Shown here: piece by piece, positions 58,137 through 64,000 of the stretch
Position numbering within the stretch: position 1 is the stretch's first letter
How the letters are laid out: each line of letters opens with the position of its first letter
From: Candidatus Kapaibacterium sp.
GTDB lineage: Bacteria > Bacteroidota > Ignavibacteria > Kapaibacteriales > UBA2268
Reading direction: 5' to 3'
Length of the DNA stretch: 64,000 bases
Assembly: GCA_963665665.1 (NCBI GenBank)
Contig: OY762428.1
Span: 2,688,001 to 2,752,000 of the forward strand
Made by a program: the position numbers and the translations under genes
The notes under the pieces: generated by a model
What the model was told of the DNA's origin: nothing
Databases searched by the model: none
What the model saw: only the letters and a program-made list of their open reading frames with translations

Positions 58137-60752
58137 TTAATTGTAATAAATAAAAGTTTTTGTCCCGTATATTTTACCGTCAAGTATCAGCCTGTAGAAA
58201 TAGGCTCCGCTCGCTAATCCAGCCGGCGACCATTGATATTGGCAGACTTTGTTCCCGCCCGGCTGAAAAACGATTTCATCAACATCATGCCCCTGCATAT
58301 CCATTATTTTGATTCTTATGTCGCTGTACTCTTCATTCAGTTGAAATACAAAAACAGTACTTCTGTAAAATGGATTCGGATAATTTTGCAGCAACAGGGT
58401 GCTTGCAACCGAGTCGATATTTGCAAGCCTGCTGTTTACAAATCCCGGCGTTCCTTTGCCCACGGAAGCAGCCCATGACCCGGCAAGTTTGTTATCCATA
58501 TCCGGGTTGATAAGTTCCAGTGAATGCCCCATACCGTCAGCGCCTGAAGGCCAGGGGTGTTTATCGTCATATTTCACTTCATCAACAATTTCATTGAATG
58601 AGTTGAAAAGTATTACTTCTTCGCCGCCGCCATTCAGCCCGAAATCAAAACATCCGATATTTGCCACACCATTGAATTCAGTGGAAAATGCCGCACTGTC
58701 ATTGACAATAACTAAGTAAGAACCCGGCTGTATTATTGTACCTGAAGGTATTATAAACCTGTGAGATTCCTCAGAATCACGAAAATAAAAACCGGACAGA
58801 TCGGCTTCTTCCCCGGAATTATTATAAAGCTCAATCCAGTCACCGGATTCAGAATTATTAGCGGAATTATAATTAATTTCATTGATAACTATATTGTAAT
58901 CCCGTTCCGGCAACGGAGAAGGCTCGGGGCAAACCCGGGAAAAGAATTTTTGAAAAAACGAATTTTTCATCCTGAGGCTGTCGCCGGTTTTAAAATCAAA
59001 GAAAATATTGGCATGATAAACCGGGAAATCAAAAATATTTTCTGCCAGCATATAATCATTGGAAAGCAGCAGCTTAGCTCCGGGAAATATTCTTGTGTTT
59101 TCCGTTATCAAAAGGTTTTGCCAGTAATCGCCGGAATTAAAATATGTATATGAAAGGTCAATTGTATCATTCGAGATATTCTTCAGTTCAATACATTTTA
59201 GCCCGCCCTTGCTATAATATTTACCAAAACTGAGTTTATCCTTCAAATTGCGGGATTGCGGCATTAGGTTTACGGCATAGGAATAGTGGCGGAAAGAATT
59301 TATTAAATGCAGGCCGTTCCCGGGATAGTCATAGCCGTCGTCACCCGAAAAGCAAATCATCATCAGGCTGTCGCTAACGCCGCTGAAACTAACTTTTGCA
59401 GCGTAAAGGCCGTCGTCCTTTTCCCCATCATCATGCTCTCCATCGTCATATAACAGGAATGATTCCAGGTCGTATGAATCATAAAGAACAGTGAAATCCA
59501 GCCCGCTGCTTCTATTTACAAATACTTCTTTTCCGGGAAGGCTTCTAACGCTGAATAAAACTTCCGAACCAAGTTCAGGATTGGGATTGCTGCAGGTAAA
59601 ATCTGTGATTCCCTGTGCCTGGCGAACATTGTACCCGGCAAGAAGTTCGGCGCGCTCCAGAATAAAACCTTTCAGATCATTTACAGCTCTTTCGTAGGCT
59701 TCATCATCTCCCTGGCGCGTTATATCTTCTTCAATTTCTTCTTCTATTTCCTTATCAAGTGAATCAATTGTTCTGATTATGAAAGGAACAGCTTCTGATG
59801 CTATTTGCCGAACATAATTATCGAATTTCCCCCTGTACTCCGGTATTTCGATCAGCCGGCGATAGAGATTGTGGTAATTCAGATTACTGTTTTCAAGTTT
59901 TTCAACATAATTCTCGTGAAATGTTCCGGACCAGTCATTCCCGAATGTAGCGTCATTGTCCCAGGGGAGAATTTCATAAAGGCCCGTGGCAGGATTTTTA
60001 TATAGATAAAGGTTTACGCTGACATTGTCCGCCCCGAGATTGAATAGCACAATGGCAAAATATCTTATAGTTTTGTCCACATCAATCAGATTTTCAATAT
60101 TATTACGAAAATCCTTGTCTGTAAAAAACCAGAACTTACTGAACATAGACTGCAAATCTGAATAATTACCTGCCAATCCTTCCTTCATTTCCCATGCGGT
60201 GTGGTAATTATCAAAAACGGCTATAGGACTCATATCAGCACAATGGGACTTTGCTTTATAAAATGGCCCCTTTGGTATTCCCCTTTTATTGAAAAAAGCA
60301 TCGTCAACAACTTCAAGAGTATTAAAAACACCATTATATTTACCATTTATATCCATCCTGGCATAATCAATTACAGGTGCATGAAGCCCCATATAATCAT
60401 AAAGGCGCATTGATATATAATTTCTCATCAGTGAAGTATCCCTGTACTCGCAATTGAAGTTTATATCCTTTACGCCGAAGGGATTCAGTGTGTCCTCGAA
60501 CCTGATACGCCAGCTTTTCTTTTTCAGCCACCGGGCGGTTCCGCCCCTGTACCTTGCAGTGCATTCGTAATCAATTCCATTATGTTGGATTATTGCAGGG
60601 CAATAGACATCGGCAAGGACGTCTTCATTGAGTTTGTCAACCCAGGACTGTTCGATAAGAAGATTATAGACAGGCAATTCAACAGCAATAGCCAATGTAT
60701 ATATAAAGAAGATGAATATCGAATAAATTAAAGATCTTTTTATTAAAAACAC
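58137..60752 (-). CDS. CotH-family kinase with lamin-tail and T9SS sorting domains
   Basis: RYRGG..KKSWR, NLYLY and PWDND motifs; LYDDGEHDDGEKDDGLY; INEINYN; QNYPNPF. Confidence 0.88.
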   Translation of the reverse strand: MFLIKRSLIYSIFIFFIYTLAIAVELPVYNLLIEQSWVDKLNEDVLADVYCPAIIQHNGIDYECTARYRGGTARWLKKKSWRIRFEDTLNPFGVKDINFNCEYRDTSLMRNYISMRLYDYMGLHAPVIDYARMDINGKYNGVFNTLEVVDDAFFNKRGIPKGPFYKAKSHCADMSPIAVFDNYHTAWEMKEGLAGNYSDLQSMFSKFWFFTDKDFRNNIENLIDVDKTIRYFAIVLFNLGADNVSVNLYLYKNPATGLYEILPWDNDATFGNDWSGTFHENYVEKLENSNLNYHNLYRRLIEIPEYRGKFDNYVRQIASEAVPFIIRTIDSLDKEIEEEIEEDITRQGDDEAYERAVNDLKGFILERAELLAGYNVRQAQGITDFTCSNPNPELGSEVLFSVRSLPGKEVFVNRSSGLDFTVLYDSYDLESFLLYDDGEHDDGEKDDGLYAAKVSFSGVSDSLMMICFSGDDGYDYPGNGLHLINSFRHYSYAVNLMPQSRNLKDKLSFGKYYSKGGLKCIELKNISNDTIDLSYTYFNSGDYWQNLLITENTRIFPGAKLLLSNDYMLAENIFDFPVYHANIFFDFKTGDSLRMKNSFFQKFFSRVCPEPSPLPERDYNIVINEINYNSANNSESGDWIELYNNSGEEADLSGFYFRDSEESHRFIIPSGTIIQPGSYLVIVNDSAAFSTEFNGVANIGCFDFGLNGGGEEVILFNSFNEIVDEVKYDDKHPWPSGADGMGHSLELINPDMDNKLAGSWAASVGKGTPGFVNSRLANIDSVASTLLLQNYPNPFYRSTVFVFQLNEEYSDIRIKIMDMQGHDVDEIVFQPGGNKVCQYQWSPAGLASGAYFYRLILDGKIYGTKTFIYYN

Positions 60753-60793
60753 TTACTACTTCCGGATTATTCAATAATTACTAACATAAAAAT

Positions 60794-60818
60794 AACCTTT
60801 TTTTAACAAAAAAGTTCC
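60794..60818 (-). promoter_or_regulatory. Candidate ECF-sigma promoter
   Basis: GGAAC-N17-GTT on the minus strand about 40 nt upstream of the CotH pair. Confidence 0.45.
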
Positions 60819-61119
60819 GCTCAGAACTAAAAAACTACTTTGAATAACTTCAGAAATCCGGAATCCAGGTAATTTATAAAGTCGCTGTTATTGATTATTC
60901 CAATTCAATCTTCGCCCCTCCCAACACACACAGTGTGGAACCCTCGTAAGATGCCGCGCCTCCCCTAAAGGGTAAGGATTTGGGAATGTCAGGCATGATA
61001 ATATTTTATAGTTCAGATTTATTTATGCGGTAACAATTATTAATGAATGCGACATAATAATTTATGGCGTTGTGCATAAAACTTATTAATTATTCTTCCA
61101 CAGGTCCGGAGTTCTGAAT

Positions 61120-63999
61120 TTATTTCACAATTGCAATCGGGGCGCTAATACTTCCGCTATTTGTTTTTATAACGCAATAGTACATACCCGAAGGAAGGCC
61201 GTCAAGATCGACATTGAAGGAATATTCTCCCGATGTGCGGAAGGTGAAGTGTTGTACTTCCTTAACTATATTCCCGTGAATATCGTGAATCTGTATGCCG
61301 AAGTATGTATCCTGCCCGTGCAGGTATTTTATTTCAGTGTTTGCGCCCACCGGGTTGGGGGTGATGGAGATAGTGTTCTCAGAAGTTCCTTCTTTATCTT
61401 CTGCCGATAGATAAATATCAGGATCGAGGTTCCATACTTTAAGTCCGTGATAGATATCGCCGGACATCATCATAAGGCCGTCATCGCTGAATACTAAATC
61501 CGACGGGGTTTTACATTCCACAACTTCCACTTCATCGCCGCTCTGAATATTCCAGAAACGAATATATCCGTCGAATGAAGTTGACGCAATAAACTTTGAT
61601 GCAGGATGGAAACAGGGCGCATCAAGCCCCCAGGCGCCGCCCGGCAGGGACCTGAAGAACTGCCGGCTGTCAATATCCCAAATCTTGATATTATCTTCAA
61701 CTTTTGCAGCCATATATTTATTGTCCGGTGAGATAGCAAAAGCCCCTTTGCGATGGTTAAAACTATAGTCGTCATCGATAATAAAATCAAGTTCTCCGGT
61801 TTCGGGATTATAGAATTCATATCCATCCCATGTTGAAATAACAGCATACCTGCCGTCCGGAGACATTCCGACAAACTCATCCTGCTCGTCTCCGAAATCC
61901 CTTGATGTTTCTGTTTCGATATTATATATTTTCCTGCCGCTGATAAGTATATTTCCTGACGGATGAAGCCAGAGATTGTCTCCGGTTTCCATCTGTATCC
62001 TTTTCATGATATTAGCTGTATAAACATCATACAGGTTCACGGAACTTTTCTCTCTGCCTACGATATATTCAGCTCCTGATCGGAAGCTGATATCCGAAAC
62101 CCCTGCAATCGGCGCGTTAATCGCCATTGGTTCGTATGCTTCAATAATTGGTTTGGTTTCCAGTGTACCGTCGTTTCTTTTTATCTGGTAGGTCATGTTT
62201 TTGTCGTCAACCCTGCTTACATGCCCAAATCCAAAAGAAGGATGTTCGGCAATTTCGCTCAGATTGTTTGAATTAAGAAATATAGCAGAATAATAATTGC
62301 TGTAAAGGCAGATAATTTCGTGATTATCAGAAATTGTTAACATGCTCGGTTTGTTATCAAATATCTTTGTATCAGGTTCTAATTTTTTATCATTAAAATT
62401 GTAAATGTACAACTTGTAATCGTCGGCCATCAGATAAAGTTTTTCTCCGTTTTCGCTCCATGCAATTCCCCAAATATTATTACTACCGGTAATTTCACCT
62501 TTCTCGTATCTTGTTTGCGTATTAAGGTCCCAAATCTCAAAATCTTCAAGTGTAGCAACTGCTATCATATTATTATTTTTATCATAGTCGAACACTTCAT
62601 TAAAATTGCCGTTACTCTTCTTATATTTCAAGCTCCGGGTTGAAACATTCCAGATACTGAACACATTTTCGCCAACTACCAGCAGTTCTTCGTCATCATT
62701 GATAAACCTTGTGTGTGCGCCTTTGTAATCCAGCGTTTCAAATTCTTCATCCATCAGGTAATGCCCCTTTTCATCTTCAATTTTCCACAGGTAAACATGC
62801 CTTTTGTCCGAGGGGTATTCAATTCCTGCCGCAAGGTAATTACCGTTTTCGCTGATATTAATATCAAGAATTTTTCGGCTAAGCTCAACTTCTTTCAAAA
62901 CCGATTGCGTAGTAGTGTCAATTATCTTTAATATTTTGCCATCAGCGGCGGCATATCTTTCGCCGTCCGGCAGCCATCTGATTATATCAGGAGCATCTCC
63001 GCCGGGGAAATTGTAAATGCCTGATTCAATCTGTCCGTTTAATTTTTCAACTATAATATCTTTGCCATTATAGTATGAAATTTCAGAGCAGTCGGGGGAA
63101 AATTCGAAATCGTAGAACGCGGCTGAAATGTTTTTAATTGTATTTCCGCTATGAATATCAATAATATTCAGCTTACCTGCTATTTCATAAGCAAGTTTAC
63201 TGTTATCCCGGGATATATGTACTTCCTGCACATCTTTATCAGGATCAATTGTCAGGACTTCCGTGAGTTCGGGATATGAATACACTTTAATATAAGAATC
63301 ATCGTAATAAAAATATATTAGAGAACCGTCCGGCGACATACCCGCTTGTTTACAGTTTGCAATAACGGATTTACCTTTTTCACCTGTTTGAGCGTCAGCA
63401 ATTACAAAACCGTTGTACCTGCCAAGAAGGATATTGTTTCCATCAGGAAATATATCAACGGAATACAGCGAAGTATCGTAAGTAAAAGTACGGTCGAGTT
63501 TTCCGCTGCTCAGATCCCAGATATAAACTGAGTAATTGTCCCTGCTGTATGCATATTTTTCATCGGCGGTAATTTTTATATTATAGTCCCAGTTAGCAGT
63601 ATTTTCAAGCTCGGTTAGCAGCCTTTTGTTTTCCAGGTCAACATACCTGATATTTTCATACGCCGATTCAATAAGTATAGTATTTTTCTTTGGCCCAAGG
63701 CAGACATGCCCGATACCATTAGTAAACGCGCTCATAAAAGATTCCTGGATTCCGGTCTTCGAATTCCATACTTTTACCCTTGGCGTTGCCAGATCAACAG
63801 TAATAATACTGCTGCCGTCGTGATTATACCCCAGGAAAGAAAGATTTGCATGAATACCTGTAAACTCTTTCAACAGCCCGGCATTTTCAATATCCCGGTA
63901 TGCTATCAGCCCCTTGCTTGCTGTAATTATCTGTTTGTTTCCGGGAACAAAACTGTACAGGAACTCAAATGATGAATTTTGCCGGATATCAAAATTTCC
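61120..63999 (-). CDS. WD40-repeat protein with T9SS sorting domain, 5'-truncated by window edge
   Basis: Many SPDG..IWD repeats; ITPNP C-terminal domain; the frame stays open to the window end. Confidence 0.88.
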   Translation of the reverse strand, partial: GNFDIRQNSSFEFLYSFVPGNKQIITASKGLIAYRDIENAGLLKEFTGIHANLSFLGYNHDGSSIITVDLATPRVKVWNSKTGIQESFMSAFTNGIGHVCLGPKKNTILIESAYENIRYVDLENKRLLTELENTANWDYNIKITADEKYAYSRDNYSVYIWDLSSGKLDRTFTYDTSLYSVDIFPDGNNILLGRYNGFVIADAQTGEKGKSVIANCKQAGMSPDGSLIYFYYDDSYIKVYSYPELTEVLTIDPDKDVQEVHISRDNSKLAYEIAGKLNIIDIHSGNTIKNISAAFYDFEFSPDCSEISYYNGKDIIVEKLNGQIESGIYNFPGGDAPDIIRWLPDGERYAAADGKILKIIDTTTQSVLKEVELSRKILDINISENGNYLAAGIEYPSDKRHVYLWKIEDEKGHYLMDEEFETLDYKGAHTRFINDDEELLVVGENVFSIWNVSTRSLKYKKSNGNFNEVFDYDKNNNMIAVATLEDFEIWDLNTQTRYEKGEITGSNNIWGIAWSENGEKLYLMADDYKLYIYNFNDKKLEPDTKIFDNKPSMLTISDNHEIICLYSNYYSAIFLNSNNLSEIAEHPSFGFGHVSRVDDKNMTYQIKRNDGTLETKPIIEAYEPMAINAPIAGVSDISFRSGAEYIVGREKSSVNLYDVYTANIMKRIQMETGDNLWLHPSGNILISGRKIYNIETETSRDFGDEQDEFVGMSPDGRYAVISTWDGYEFYNPETGELDFIIDDDYSFNHRKGAFAISPDNKYMAAKVEDNIKIWDIDSRQFFRSLPGGAWGLDAPCFHPASKFIASTSFDGYIRFWNIQSGDEVEVVECKTPSDLVFSDDGLMMMSGDIYHGLKVWNLDPDIYLSAEDKEGTSENTISITPNPVGANTEIKYLHGQDTYFGIQIHDIHGNIVKEVQHFTFRTSGEYSFNVDLDGLPSGMYYCVIKTNSGSISAPIAIVK

Positions 64000-64000
64000 G

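Overview
64-kb, fairly AT-rich bacterial window. T9SS C-terminal sorting domains, the smg-ybeY block and an IPTL-CTERM tail point to an FCB-group organism, possibly Ignavibacteria/Kapabacteria-like (inference). Housekeeping and envelope genes include dut, murB, putP, a UDP-glucuronate decarboxylase, ybeY, tRNA-Arg(CCT), TonB- and FadL-type outer-membrane proteins, a two-component pair, two CotH kinases and a WD40 protein. There is also a prkA(yeaG)-yeaH-spoVR operon with a detached second PrkA, and two toxin-antitoxin pairs. A decaying island without an integrase (~33.4-43.8 kb) lies next to the tRNA. The strongest novelty is a type IIG restriction-modification gene whose methyltransferase is split in frame, just before the NPPY motif, by a ~343-aa HUH/Y1 (RAYT/IS200-like) transposase domain. 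That domain itself contains a perfect 28-bp GTAG-type palindrome inside a low-complexity linker. Second is a DUF559 nuclease gene embedded in a tandem array of five palindrome doublets, whose other spacers copy the gene's own 3' end. The window also has nested small palindromic elements, two 21-bp arrays that change consensus without losing register, and a candidate sRNA. All family calls come from motifs read by eye; no database searches were run.
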